Shown here piece by piece: positions 39,159-49,298 of a stretch of DNA of 64,000 bases. This stretch comes from a virus (Duplodnaviria > Caudoviricetes). The notes below the pieces were generated by a model, which had not been told where the DNA came from, searched no databases, and was given only the letters and a program-made list of their open reading frames with translations. The translations under genes were made by a program, and so were the position numbers. The stretch covers positions 1-64,000 of IMG/VR virus record IMGVR_UViG_3300001869_000005. The stretch is one strand, 5' to 3'. The stretch's first letter is position 1, and every line of letters begins with the position of its first letter.

Positions 39159-40682
39159 ATGTTAAATATAATTCTTATATCTTTATTAATACACTATATA
39201 ATTCTATTAATAAAAAAACCTAATTTAAATGTTCTAAATTGTGGAATATTTGGATACGTAGGCATAGAAAGACACCTAGATAAGAAAAGTTTTCTTACTC
39301 TAGGTTGTGTAAACGATTCTCGTGGGGGCGACTCTACAGGAATTTTTATTGATAGGCAATTTGAATATGGAGTAGGCCCTAAAAAATACTTTTCTGACTT
39401 TTTTCCAGACAGTGAGTTACTTAAAAATACAACCACTGCCAAAATTGCATTAGGGCATTGCAGAAAAGCTTCTGTAGGAGCCATTAATGCAGACACTGCT
39501 CAACCCGTGGTAATAAAAAACAGAGATACTGGGAAACCAGAATTTGTATTACTACATAATGGTACATTATTAAACCATAAAGAATTAGCTAAAAAATATT
39601 TATCTAATACACCAGATACATATACAGATAGTCAAATTATGGCTTATATTATTTACTATAATGGATTCGATGTTTTAGCAGAATATGAGGGAGCCGGGGT
39701 ATTTGTAATTGCTGACTATAGAAAAACCCCAAATTCTCCAGACATTTATATGTTTAAGGGAGAATCTTTACAGTATTCTTACTCTAAGGATATAAGTGAA
39801 GAACGACCTATTTATATTTCTATAGAAGATAGAGGTATATGGTTTTCATCAATTCAAGATTTTTTAGAAACCACTCGTTATGGGGATGGATTGATACGCA
39901 CATTAAAAGGTAATCGCCTTTATCATATTAAAAATGGAGAAATAAAATCTCATACTGCATATGATAGAAGTACAAGACATCAATCTGCAATAATTCAAAC
40001 TTATAATACATATGCTCGTCGAGAATTTGAAGATTATGATGAATATTTACCTGCTGCAAAAGCTATAACTGGCCAAAATAATAGAGGAGCTACTTTTGTT
40101 TGCACAGATTATGTTACTCCAACTATTCGTCCAGCAACAAAATTAATTTTTGTAGATGGAAAATATGTAATGGACAACATAAATGCTCATGGTAAGTATA
40201 AATTAAGCGCTTACGGATATCAAACAACCTTTGAATCTGAAACTAATTTGGACTTTTGGTTTTTTGGAGGAGTATTATTGTATAATGAAAAGTGCTATAA
40301 AATTCTCACTGAAATTTTTAACTTGTTCGGGTTAGAAGATGTACAGGATTTTATAGATGGATTCCCAGAGGTTGTATACCCCTATAGTCCTTTAGTATGT
40401 TGGGATATTACGGATAAAAAATATGTAAAGTATGATTCTACAAAATCTGTTTTCTTTACTGGCACTATGGGAATAATATTAGATGGAGATGATTGTGAAT
40501 ATACATTTGTTGATGGTAAGTTAATAACAAAAACAACTTATCCATATTCTGCAGATAAATTACAAATATCTCGATTTAAAAAAGCAGCAGAAAAATTTAA
40601 AGATATTAAAGTTGCAGCAGAAGTAAAAGATATCTGTGATTGGTTGGGTTATTTTACCGAAGTTAATAAAGAAGAAAATTAA
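39159..40682 (+). CDS. Class II (Ntn) glutamine amidotransferase with a hydrophobic N-terminal leader
   Basis: CGIFG, RGGDSTG, GHCRKAS, HNGT, DSQ. Confidence 0.88.
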   Translation: MLNIILISLLIHYIILLIKKPNLNVLNCGIFGYVGIERHLDKKSFLTLGCVNDSRGGDSTGIFIDRQFEYGVGPKKYFSDFFPDSELLKNTTTAKIALGHCRKASVGAINADTAQPVVIKNRDTGKPEFVLLHNGTLLNHKELAKKYLSNTPDTYTDSQIMAYIIYYNGFDVLAEYEGAGVFVIADYRKTPNSPDIYMFKGESLQYSYSKDISEERPIYISIEDRGIWFSSIQDFLETTRYGDGLIRTLKGNRLYHIKNGEIKSHTAYDRSTRHQSAIIQTYNTYARREFEDYDEYLPAAKAITGQNNRGATFVCTDYVTPTIRPATKLIFVDGKYVMDNINAHGKYKLSAYGYQTTFESETNLDFWFFGGVLLYNEKCYKILTEIFNLFGLEDVQDFIDGFPEVVYPYSPLVCWDITDKKYVKYDSTKSVFFTGTMGIILDGDDCEYTFVDGKLITKTTYPYSADKLQISRFKKAAEKFKDIKVAAEVKDICDWLGYFTEVNKEEN

Positions 40683-40686
40683 ATAT

Positions 40687-42024
40687 ATGGTTGATAATAA
40701 AAAACAAACTGTTTTTGATTACGAAAATCAAGAAGAAATTTCTATGGATTCTGCATATGTAAGGCGCTTAATTCAAGGAATTGTAGAAATACAGGGAAGA
40801 ATTCCAAAAATGGGGTATTTCACTCCAAATAGAGCAAAAAACATTGTTGTAGAAGTTAAGGGAGGCACATATGTAGCTCTTTCCAAAGATATATTTATTG
40901 ATAAATTCTTAGTATATAACAATAATACTGGAAAATATGGATATCATATAGGAAAAGATGATTTAAATTACATTAAAACTTTTTCTTTACACAAAGGCTC
41001 CGGTGATTTTCCTTACAGTTCTATAACAAGAGATTACAATGCTCAAAGAAATTTAGAGAAATTTGCTAGTACAGCAAAAGCGTGTCATGTAAATCCTTCT
41101 AAATACAAATCCTTAGTCCCTTATACATTTGGATTAGAATATGAAACTTCTGCCGGGTATGTACCAGAAGAACTGTGCTATTCAAAAGGATTAATACCTC
41201 TAAGAGATGGTTCAATCACAGGAGTTGAATATGCTTCTATAGTAATGAATTCACAAACTGGGTTTGAACTATTAAGGGAACAATTGGATGTATTAAAAAC
41301 TTATACAGAGTATGACAAGGAGTGTTCATTGCATATTCATTTTGGTGGATATCCTGTAGATGAAAAAGCAATCACCGTTTTATATTTTATTTTTGAAAGG
41401 CTGCAATATGCATTACATCATAATGAAATTGTGCCGCATTACACATTCAGTACTTGCAAATATAAAAGCAGTGGTAAAGATTATTGTAAAATGCTTCCAG
41501 GACGAGATACTTTTAACTCAATTTATGAGTTTTTAAGTGGTGGGGGAACTCCATTTTTAGGAAGTTTTACAATACCTCATCCGGGAGATCAACGACATGA
41601 TACTAAATGGAATATCCATTCGCGGTATTATGCTATGAACCTTATCAATATGTGTTTTTATCAGACTCCTAAAACAGTAGAAATGCGGTTTTTAAGACCG
41701 TCTTATAATTACAACAAAATTGTAAATTGGATCTTTATATTTAGTAGTATATTGCAATTTGCTAATAAATATGCTATAGAATCTACAAAAGGTTTAAAAT
41801 ATAATACAATTTACAACAAAATTTGTAATTTATTTGATGGGAGCATTAGTGATTTTGAAAGAATTTTTACAGAAGTATATCCTTCAGAAATTGTTTCAGA
41901 ATTAATGAATTTCTTAACAACACTTTCTGCAATTAATCACAAACAGATACAATTAGGAGATTATATTGGCAAATTAGACAAATTTGATGATAGTCTAATT
42001 ACAACTAATGCATTAGAAGTTTGA
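40687..42024 (+). CDS. Putative amidoligase
   Basis: FGLEYET, DGSI, EYAS, CSLHIH, RYYAMN, TVEMR. Confidence 0.85.
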   Translation: MVDNKKQTVFDYENQEEISMDSAYVRRLIQGIVEIQGRIPKMGYFTPNRAKNIVVEVKGGTYVALSKDIFIDKFLVYNNNTGKYGYHIGKDDLNYIKTFSLHKGSGDFPYSSITRDYNAQRNLEKFASTAKACHVNPSKYKSLVPYTFGLEYETSAGYVPEELCYSKGLIPLRDGSITGVEYASIVMNSQTGFELLREQLDVLKTYTEYDKECSLHIHFGGYPVDEKAITVLYFIFERLQYALHHNEIVPHYTFSTCKYKSSGKDYCKMLPGRDTFNSIYEFLSGGGTPFLGSFTIPHPGDQRHDTKWNIHSRYYAMNLINMCFYQTPKTVEMRFLRPSYNYNKIVNWIFIFSSILQFANKYAIESTKGLKYNTIYNKICNLFDGSISDFERIFTEVYPSEIVSELMNFLTTLSAINHKQIQLGDYIGKLDKFDDSLITTNALEV

Positions 42025-42731
42025 TGAGTTTACCATTTTTTAAAGGTTGGAAACACCTTATAAATTCATCAACAGTAAAAGACATTATTTCTATTCTGGA
42101 TGTGGCTTACCAAGGCGGTAAAGTCACTCCAGAAAAGAAAGATGTTTTTAAATGTTTTATGAAATGCCCATATGATAAACTTAAAGTAGTAATTATTGGT
42201 TTAGATCCATACCCTCAAAAAGGAATAGCTACAGGATTAGCATTTGCTAATAAACCAAATACCACAACATTAAGTCCTTCATTAAGTGTTATTAAAGAGG
42301 CTCTATTTAACCCACATGATCTAATTATATGGCCTGAGGGTAAAAATACAACTGATTTAAAAAATAATTTTGATATAAGTTTAGAATATTGGGCAGAACA
42401 AGGAGTTTTATTACTAAATTCTGCTTTAACAACAATGTTAAACAATCCAGAGGCACATATAGATTTATGGAGACCTTTTATATCAAAATTATTAATAAGT
42501 TTATCAGATAGAAATCCTGGAATTGTTTATATATTGTTTGGACGAGTTGCAAAAAATCTATCAGTCTATATTAATCACAATACTAATTGCGTCCTTATGG
42601 AAAATCATCCTGCCGCTTTTGCTCGATATGAACAAGAAATGGGAGATGATGTATTTATTGAGGCAAATAAGTATTTAAAAAGTCAGTATAATGAAACAAT
42701 TGATTGGTGTGGATACAGAAGACTTGGATGA
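42024..42731 (+). CDS. ung: Uracil-DNA glycosylase
   Basis: KVVIIGLDPYP, GLAF, WAEQGVLLLN, HPA. Confidence 0.9.
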   Translation: MSLPFFKGWKHLINSSTVKDIISILDVAYQGGKVTPEKKDVFKCFMKCPYDKLKVVIIGLDPYPQKGIATGLAFANKPNTTTLSPSLSVIKEALFNPHDLIIWPEGKNTTDLKNNFDISLEYWAEQGVLLLNSALTTMLNNPEAHIDLWRPFISKLLISLSDRNPGIVYILFGRVAKNLSVYINHNTNCVLMENHPAAFARYEQEMGDDVFIEANKYLKSQYNETIDWCGYRRLG

Positions 42732-43188
42732 TCAATTAGAAAATAAAAAAGTTAAGAATACCAAAAGAGTCCTATATGATGGGATTTATTTTAGAAGTAA
42801 ACTAGAAGTAAATTGTTATAAACGACTTATTATAGCGGGCTTTACTCCTTTATATGAGCCACACAAATTTAGACTTATTGATAAGTTAATTCTTGATAGG
42901 GTGCAATACTTTTGCCCCTATAAAGAAAAAAAACTAAAAAAGTATGGCCCATATCCAAGGATTATTCAAGGAATAACTTATACTCCAGATTTTTATATCT
43001 TCTACAAGAACATTCATATTTATTTTGATACTAAAGGACATCCAAATGATGTCTATCCTCTAAAGAAAAAGATGTTTTTAAGAAAACTAAGTGAACTTTC
43101 ACAGGGAACGGGTGAACAGTATATCTTTTTTGAACCGCACAACATTGGGCAAATACAACAAAGTATTAATGTAATATTATCATTATGA
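42691..43188 (+). CDS. PD-(D/E)xK endonuclease
   Basis: FRSKLE, YTPDF, DTKG. Confidence 0.8.
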   Translation: MKQLIGVDTEDLDDQLENKKVKNTKRVLYDGIYFRSKLEVNCYKRLIIAGFTPLYEPHKFRLIDKLILDRVQYFCPYKEKKLKKYGPYPRIIQGITYTPDFYIFYKNIHIYFDTKGHPNDVYPLKKKMFLRKLSELSQGTGEQYIFFEPHNIGQIQQSINVILSL

Positions 43189-43457
43189 GTTTATTAAAAA
43201 AAATTATAAGTTTAACTAATAGTATTCCTAAAAAAGATGTTACTATTTTTGAAAAATGTATTACAGAAAGAAGATTTGATGATGCATTAGACCTTATTAC
43301 TTCTATAATTATATTAATTAATAGAGCAGAAGAAAAATCTTATTATTTTGAAATAGACGTAGAACCCCTATTCTTACTACAGACATATTTAATTTTCTAT
43401 ATAGATCAACTTAATATTTATGAAACAAATGAATCTAACATAATTAAAAATGATTAA
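43185..43457 (+). CDS. Hypothetical protein
   Basis: 90 aa ORF. Confidence 0.65.
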   Translation: MSLLKKIISLTNSIPKKDVTIFEKCITERRFDDALDLITSIIILINRAEEKSYYFEIDVEPLFLLQTYLIFYIDQLNIYETNESNIIKND

Positions 43458-44496
43458 AAAGAGTATTAAGGAATTGGCATGGGATGTTCCAGAAGATGTT
43501 TATAGGGCTTCCCCAGCTTTTTCTTATTCAACATTAGCAACTTTTGAAAGAGAAGGTGCTAAATGTATTCCCCATCTACATGATAAAAAGAATTCGGAAC
43601 CATTACGTTTTGGTTCTTTAGTAGATACACTATTAACTGCTCCTGAAGAAATGGATGATAAGTTCTTCATTGTTAAAATAAGTAAACCATCTGAAGCAAT
43701 TGCTTCAATTGCAAATTTAATTTGGGAGCAAAGTGATAAATCCATTAAAGTTTTAACACAGTTTCCAGGAGAAATAATTTTAAAAGCAGCAAATGAAGTT
43801 GGTTATGGTATGTTTTGGAAAGACACTACCCGGTTAGATAAAATTATAGGAGAAGGTTCCACTTATTTTAAACAACTGGCCTTAGCAGGAAATAAGATGA
43901 TTATTTCAGATGCAGATTATGCATTGGGTCAATCAAATGTTGAAACACTCAAATTAAATAAATTTACAAAAGATTTATTTTATGATAATCCATTTGAAAC
44001 AGACATTGAAGCTCACTATCAATTGAAATTTAAAACTTCGTTTGATAATTTAGAGGTTAGATGCATGATGGATCGCGTAATTTGTGATCATAACAAGAAA
44101 ATCATTTATCCAATTGATTTAAAAACTACAGGCAAGCCAGAAGAAGTATTCTATGAATCCTTTATAACGTGGTCTTATTGGATACAAAGCAACATGTACT
44201 CCCAAATTCTGGAAAAAGTAATTTCTGAAGATGAATATTTCAAAGATTTTACAATTTATCCTTTTGAATTTGTATGTATTAACCGTTATAATAAATCTCC
44301 TCTCATTTGGGTAGACAATAATAACCTTACTACAGGAGATAGATTAGATAAGAATAATATACGCCATAAGTATTGGAAAACCCTCGCAAAGGAGCTTAAA
44401 TGGCATTTAGATAGTGGTATTTTTAACTATTCCTATGACTCTATTATGAGCAATGGAATAAGAGTACTGAACAGTATAAAAGTTATAGATGAGTAA
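43450..44496 (+). CDS. PD-(D/E)xK exonuclease (exonuclease VIII-like)
   Basis: SYS, FGSLVD, RCMMD, IDLKTT, Q..MY. Confidence 0.85.
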   Translation: MIKKSIKELAWDVPEDVYRASPAFSYSTLATFEREGAKCIPHLHDKKNSEPLRFGSLVDTLLTAPEEMDDKFFIVKISKPSEAIASIANLIWEQSDKSIKVLTQFPGEIILKAANEVGYGMFWKDTTRLDKIIGEGSTYFKQLALAGNKMIISDADYALGQSNVETLKLNKFTKDLFYDNPFETDIEAHYQLKFKTSFDNLEVRCMMDRVICDHNKKIIYPIDLKTTGKPEEVFYESFITWSYWIQSNMYSQILEKVISEDEYFKDFTIYPFEFVCINRYNKSPLIWVDNNNLTTGDRLDKNNIRHKYWKTLAKELKWHLDSGIFNYSYDSIMSNGIRVLNSIKVIDE

Positions 44497-44536
44497 AAAT
44501 TGTTTTAAATATAAATATTATACTAATAATTAAAAT

Positions 44537-45097
44537 ATGATAGGAAGCGTAATAACTACAATCCTCGTTCTCAGTGTGTTGTATATGTTTGGAAAGATGT
44601 TTGTAAAACATCTCAAAGCAGTAATGAAAGAAGAATTTCAATATTACTTTGGATTTATAAAAAAGAATACAACTACTTATCAATATACAGTTTCTTTTAA
44701 AGAAGTGTATGAAAAAGATGGCTTAAATTTACCTGTATTAAAGGTAAAAATAGGAAATAAAAAGTGTAATTTACTATTAGATAGTGGTGCAAATGTTAAT
44801 ATTTTAAACAAATCTGTTTTTGATGCAGTTAATGTAGAGAATAAATTAGTATTAGAAAATGAAGAAGACCCTATAATTTTTGGAGGAGGCTCCTCAAAAT
44901 CAGATGGTATTGCACAAATACCATTTTCTTATAAAACTATTAAATTCAATGAAACATTTGATGTTATGGATTTAAGTGAATGTTTTGATAAGGTCTCTCC
45001 AAATAATATTACAATAGACGGAGTTTTAGGAAATAAATTCTTTAAAGATAACCAATGGTCTTTGGACTTTGATAAAATGATTGTATGGGTGAAATAA
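44537..45097 (+). CDS. Membrane-anchored retropepsin-like aspartic protease
   Basis: N-terminal TM; LLLDSGAN; DGVLG. Confidence 0.85.
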   Translation: MIGSVITTILVLSVLYMFGKMFVKHLKAVMKEEFQYYFGFIKKNTTTYQYTVSFKEVYEKDGLNLPVLKVKIGNKKCNLLLDSGANVNILNKSVFDAVNVENKLVLENEEDPIIFGGGSSKSDGIAQIPFSYKTIKFNETFDVMDLSECFDKVSPNNITIDGVLGNKFFKDNQWSLDFDKMIVWVK

Positions 45098-45348
45098 TTA
45101 AGTTAAAATCTAGAAACAATGAAACAAGTTTAATACAATTACATCCTTTAAATACAGATAAGGAAAGTAAAACATATAAACTTGTAACTAATGCTGAATA
45201 CATGAGATGTGGTTACACAGACAATGGTCTAATGTTTATAGATCCTCCTGGTGGGCCCTTTCTACAAGTAGGTGAAAGTATAAACAATAGAGTTATTAAA
45301 AGTATAGACCATTCTTATGAAGTAGGATATCTTATAACTTTTGAATGA
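45085..45348 (+). CDS. Hypothetical protein
   Basis: FIDPPGGPFL.VG. Confidence 0.7.
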   Translation: MGEIIKLKSRNNETSLIQLHPLNTDKESKTYKLVTNAEYMRCGYTDNGLMFIDPPGGPFLQVGESINNRVIKSIDHSYEVGYLITFE

Positions 45349-47405
45349 AAAAATATCTAGTAACAAATCAATTTAAGTTATTTGAGTCTGAGGCATATAC
45401 CTGTATTTCTGCAGAAGAATCTTTGCAATTATTAGATAAATTAAAAATAATTGGAGTAGATACAGAAACAGATGGATTTGACGTTTTTACTAAAGCGTTA
45501 AAGTCTGTCCAATTGGGTTGTTTTGATTTTCAAATAATGATAGATTGTAGTACAGTTGATATACTGGCCTATAAAGAATTTTTAGAAAGAAAAGATAAAC
45601 TATTTTTATTTTGGAATGCTAAATTTGATCTAAAATTCCTGTATAAGAAAGGAATAGTCCCAAAAAAAATCTATGATGGTTATCTTGCGGAAAGATTATT
45701 ATGGCAAGGGTATAAACCAGGAAGTCATTCTATGAGTCTAGCTTCCGCTTCTGAAAATTATTTAGGAATACATATGGATAAATCCGTTAGGGGTGAAATT
45801 ATCTACAGGGACATTAATGAAAGCATTGTAGTTTACGGTTGTACGGATGTAAAATACTTAGAGAAAATAAAAGAATTACAAGAGATAGAATTGATTAAAC
45901 AAAATCTATTAACGGCCCTTACAATAGAAAATGAATTTGTTAAAGTTTTGTCGTATATTGAATACAGTGGCATTAAATTGGATCCCATTAAATGGAGGGC
46001 CAAAATGGACAAAGATCAGTATAACCTGGAAGAAGCCATTGTAAACATTAATAATTGGATTATAAACGCAAGTAAACAAGATCCTTTTTTACATAAATAT
46101 GTTAAAATAGACAAACAAGGGGATTTATGGTCTGGATTTAACGATACGCCAGTGTGTATAATTAATTGGAATTCGTCCAAGCAATTAATACCTTTATTTG
46201 AGCATCTTGGATTTGATTTATCCACAAAAGATAAAAAAACAGGATTAATTAAAAAATCAGTAGAAGCTAAAATCATAGACATACAAAAAGATAAATCTAC
46301 AATTACTATCCCCTATTTGGAATATACTAGTAGGGCTAAAGTGGTTAGCACTTATGGGCAAACTTTTATTAATCAGATTAATCCAATAACTCATAGAATT
46401 CACACTCAATTTAATCAACTAATGGACACTGGTCGATTAAGTTGTGGGGGAAAAAATAAAAATACCAGGGAAGAATATGTGAATATTCAAAATTTACCCT
46501 CAGATGAGGAAACTAGACATAGTTTTGTTGCCCAAGAAGGCTATAGCCTCATAGACTGCGATTATACTGCCCAAGAGGATTTTGTTTTTACAGAATTATC
46601 CCAAGAGCCTAAATTAATTGAGTTCTACAACGATATTAAAAGAAAAAGAGATGGGCATAGTTTTGTAGCTAAAATTTGTTTTCCTGCGGAATTGGCTGAT
46701 TTAGAAGAAGAGGAAGTTAAAGAGAAAAGACCCGATTTAAGGGCTTTGGCTAAAAAAGCTAAATTTAGTATTCATTATGGGGGTAACGGTTCCACAATTG
46801 CCAAAAACTTATCTCTACCAGAAGAACAGGGTTACGGTATTGAAAAAGCCTATCTTAGTGGATTTAGCAATATTAATAACTACTTCAAACAGGTTAAAAA
46901 AGATATGTGGGATAAAGGATATATTTTAATATCTTCTTTAACTGGCCATAAAATGTTTATACCCAATTGGGAAGAATTAAAAGAAGAAGAGGCTTGTTTT
47001 AATAATGAATTTTGGGAACAATATAAGTTAATTAAAAGAGTTTGGGTTGAGAGTGGTGCCGACATAGAAAATAAACCAAAGATGATGCAAAGAATAAGTC
47101 AATTCTTTAAGTCTAAAAGTGGATACGAAAGAAATTCATTAAATGCCCCAGTACAAGGAACAAGCGCCATTATTACAAAAATAGCGGGAATTAAATACTT
47201 CAATCATCTTGTAGATAATAATTTGTTATTTAAGGTGTGGATTCCAAATTGTGTACACGATGAATACTTAGTAGAAACTCCAGATGAACTAATCAAACAA
47301 GAATCTAAGGCTCTGCAAATAGCAATGAATAGTGCTGGGGACATATTCTGTAAATCTGTTAAATTAAGGGCTGTACCAGAAGTTGCAAAATGTTGGGTAC
47401 ATTAA
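45345..47405 (+). CDS. polA: Family A DNA polymerase with 3'-5' exonuclease
   Basis: DTET, NAKFD, TGRLS, NIQN, DYTAQE, KKAKFSIHYG, NAPVQGT, VHDE. Confidence 0.95.
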   Translation: MKKYLVTNQFKLFESEAYTCISAEESLQLLDKLKIIGVDTETDGFDVFTKALKSVQLGCFDFQIMIDCSTVDILAYKEFLERKDKLFLFWNAKFDLKFLYKKGIVPKKIYDGYLAERLLWQGYKPGSHSMSLASASENYLGIHMDKSVRGEIIYRDINESIVVYGCTDVKYLEKIKELQEIELIKQNLLTALTIENEFVKVLSYIEYSGIKLDPIKWRAKMDKDQYNLEEAIVNINNWIINASKQDPFLHKYVKIDKQGDLWSGFNDTPVCIINWNSSKQLIPLFEHLGFDLSTKDKKTGLIKKSVEAKIIDIQKDKSTITIPYLEYTSRAKVVSTYGQTFINQINPITHRIHTQFNQLMDTGRLSCGGKNKNTREEYVNIQNLPSDEETRHSFVAQEGYSLIDCDYTAQEDFVFTELSQEPKLIEFYNDIKRKRDGHSFVAKICFPAELADLEEEEVKEKRPDLRALAKKAKFSIHYGGNGSTIAKNLSLPEEQGYGIEKAYLSGFSNINNYFKQVKKDMWDKGYILISSLTGHKMFIPNWEELKEEEACFNNEFWEQYKLIKRVWVESGADIENKPKMMQRISQFFKSKSGYERNSLNAPVQGTSAIITKIAGIKYFNHLVDNNLLFKVWIPNCVHDEYLVETPDELIKQESKALQIAMNSAGDIFCKSVKLRAVPEVAKCWVH

Positions 47406-47438
47406 GATTGGCAATCAAATTTATTTTAAAATTAAAAT

Positions 47439-47753
47439 ATGGAAGAAATAATAAAAGAATTAAATAATTTAAAAATTCTTCAAAAAAGTGGAGAGTGGGT
47501 AGAAGATTTACCAGAAGAATTATACGAAAAATATTTTAAACGTAATTGCATTGATGAAGAAATAGACATTGAGAAACACCGATGGTATGAAACATCTATT
47601 TCAGTTTATGATACTTCTAAAGGTTTAATAGGAGTAAGACACGCTTCTCAACTCTACTCAGAATCATCAATGTGGGAAGATTTAGGATATACTATCAAAT
47701 TTTTTGAAATGGAGTCATTTGAAATAATCACTTTTAGGAAAAAATATGAGTGA
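47439..47753 (+). CDS. Hypothetical protein
   Basis: HRWYE motif. Confidence 0.7.
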   Translation: MEEIIKELNNLKILQKSGEWVEDLPEELYEKYFKRNCIDEEIDIEKHRWYETSISVYDTSKGLIGVRHASQLYSESSMWEDLGYTIKFFEMESFEIITFRKKYE

Positions 47754-48051
47754 AGAAAAATCTATAAGATACAACGAGGGCAAACCAAAGTGGAGTCTAG
47801 TTCATTACGACTCCCTTATACCAATGATAAGAGTTCTTGAATTTGGAGCTAAAAAATATGCTCCATTCAATTGGCAAAAAGGATTAGATTTAAAAGAAAT
47901 TCTTGAATCTATGCAACGCCATCTAGCAAAACTTATGGATAATGAGGAAATAGATACAGAATCTGGAATATCTCATATGGGTCATATCCAAGCAAATGCA
48001 ATGTTTTATAATTATCATAAAAATAAAGAAAACATCTTAAAAGATCTATAA
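47746..48051 (+). CDS. dATP/dGTP diphosphohydrolase domain protein (DUF5664-like)
   Basis: GKPKWSL, FGAKKY..NW.KG, RH, DTESGISH..H. Confidence 0.85.
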   Translation: MSEEKSIRYNEGKPKWSLVHYDSLIPMIRVLEFGAKKYAPFNWQKGLDLKEILESMQRHLAKLMDNEEIDTESGISHMGHIQANAMFYNYHKNKENILKDL

Positions 48052-48052
48052 T

Positions 48053-48235
48053 ATGGTGGTAAAACAAGAACACTCCTTATGCATACAAATAAGTGATGAA
48101 AAAGAATATTATATATTTTATGCTATAATTGAAAAAATTCTTGCAAAAAATAAGGAAATAGGATTTAATAGATATAAATTAACCGCAGAAGAATCTGCCT
48201 TTTTAGAAGAACTTTATGAAAACATTAAAAAATGA
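48053..48235 (+). CDS. Small hypothetical protein
   Basis: 60 aa, coupled to neighbours. Confidence 0.55.
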   Translation: MVVKQEHSLCIQISDEKEYYIFYAIIEKILAKNKEIGFNRYKLTAEESAFLEELYENIKK

Positions 48236-49131
48236 AATTACTATCACCTTCTTTTAATATAATAGAGCAAGAAAATAATTATAATCTCTACAAACATATT
48301 GCACACTGTTATTCAAGTGTGTATAAACAACCAACTCCTTCAACAGCAGAAGGTTGTGAAAAACTTGTAGAATTATGTGAAGACAGTAAAAATTATAAAA
48401 TTCTTGCACATGGAGCAGTGTATCTTGTTTTACCTCTAATGAATCACTATGTAGATAAATACAAAGATGGGATAAAGTGCCATTGTTATGAAAGTATTGG
48501 GGACAGTAAGTTATATGTTACAACAACCTATGACCAGATAATAATAAATAATTATTACACTGACTTAGCATATCTTTCAAGATATACACCTCTACATGAG
48601 AAATTTGTAACAATAAAATTTGTTGTTGATAAAATAAGTGCGACTCGTTTGTGCAATGCTGGTGAAAAATTTAATATAACCTCCAGTTCCCTATTTTCAT
48701 TTGCTGAAAAAAAAGATGTTTCTTTTATAATCCCATCATGGGCTTCTATCGAAGAAGGTTCATATACACCAATTATTATTAATGGAGTTAAGAAGTATAA
48801 AAACCCCCTAAATGAGACTAATTATAGTTGGTGTAAAAATGATAGCACTGAGAAATTAACTGAGGAACAAGAGAATTCTATTAAACAGCAAAATACTTCT
48901 TATGGTTTTTTAAACAGACGGTCTGAAATAGAAGAAAAAATAAAAGACATGTCTAACAATAAAGATTTTAAATTAGCAAACTATAAGAACTTCTTAGGTC
49001 ATTTTGGAGTATATGAATTAGTTATGACCGCAACTCTAGCAGATTGGAAAAAATTTACAAATACAAAAATACTAACTATCGGAGGGACAACGCTAAATCA
49101 ACTCTTCTTATTAATTCAATCACAATTATGA
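48232..49131 (+). CDS. ThyX-like protein, apparently catalytically degenerate
   Basis: Scaffold MKLLSPSFNIIEQ, LAHGAVYL, VTIKFVVD, ELVMT..DWKKF is retained; RHRx7S motif absent. Confidence 0.65.
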   Translation: MKLLSPSFNIIEQENNYNLYKHIAHCYSSVYKQPTPSTAEGCEKLVELCEDSKNYKILAHGAVYLVLPLMNHYVDKYKDGIKCHCYESIGDSKLYVTTTYDQIIINNYYTDLAYLSRYTPLHEKFVTIKFVVDKISATRLCNAGEKFNITSSSLFSFAEKKDVSFIIPSWASIEEGSYTPIIINGVKKYKNPLNETNYSWCKNDSTEKLTEEQENSIKQQNTSYGFLNRRSEIEEKIKDMSNNKDFKLANYKNFLGHFGVYELVMTATLADWKKFTNTKILTIGGTTLNQLFLLIQSQL

Positions 49132-49298
49132 ATGTAAAATTTTGTGAAAATAATAAACAAATTAAGCAAAGAAATTTAAAATTATTGCCAATGAGAGGAG
49201 ATTTAATATCTTTTGATAAAAAAGATTATTATGTTGTTGATTCTATTGAACATCATTATGAATTAAATTGCATAATTATAAGACTTACAAAAATATGA
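49128..49298 (+). CDS. Small hypothetical protein
   Basis: MNVKF..LPMRGDLI; ATGA-coupled on both sides. Confidence 0.55.
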   Translation: MNVKFCENNKQIKQRNLKLLPMRGDLISFDKKDYYVVDSIEHHYELNCIIIRLTKI

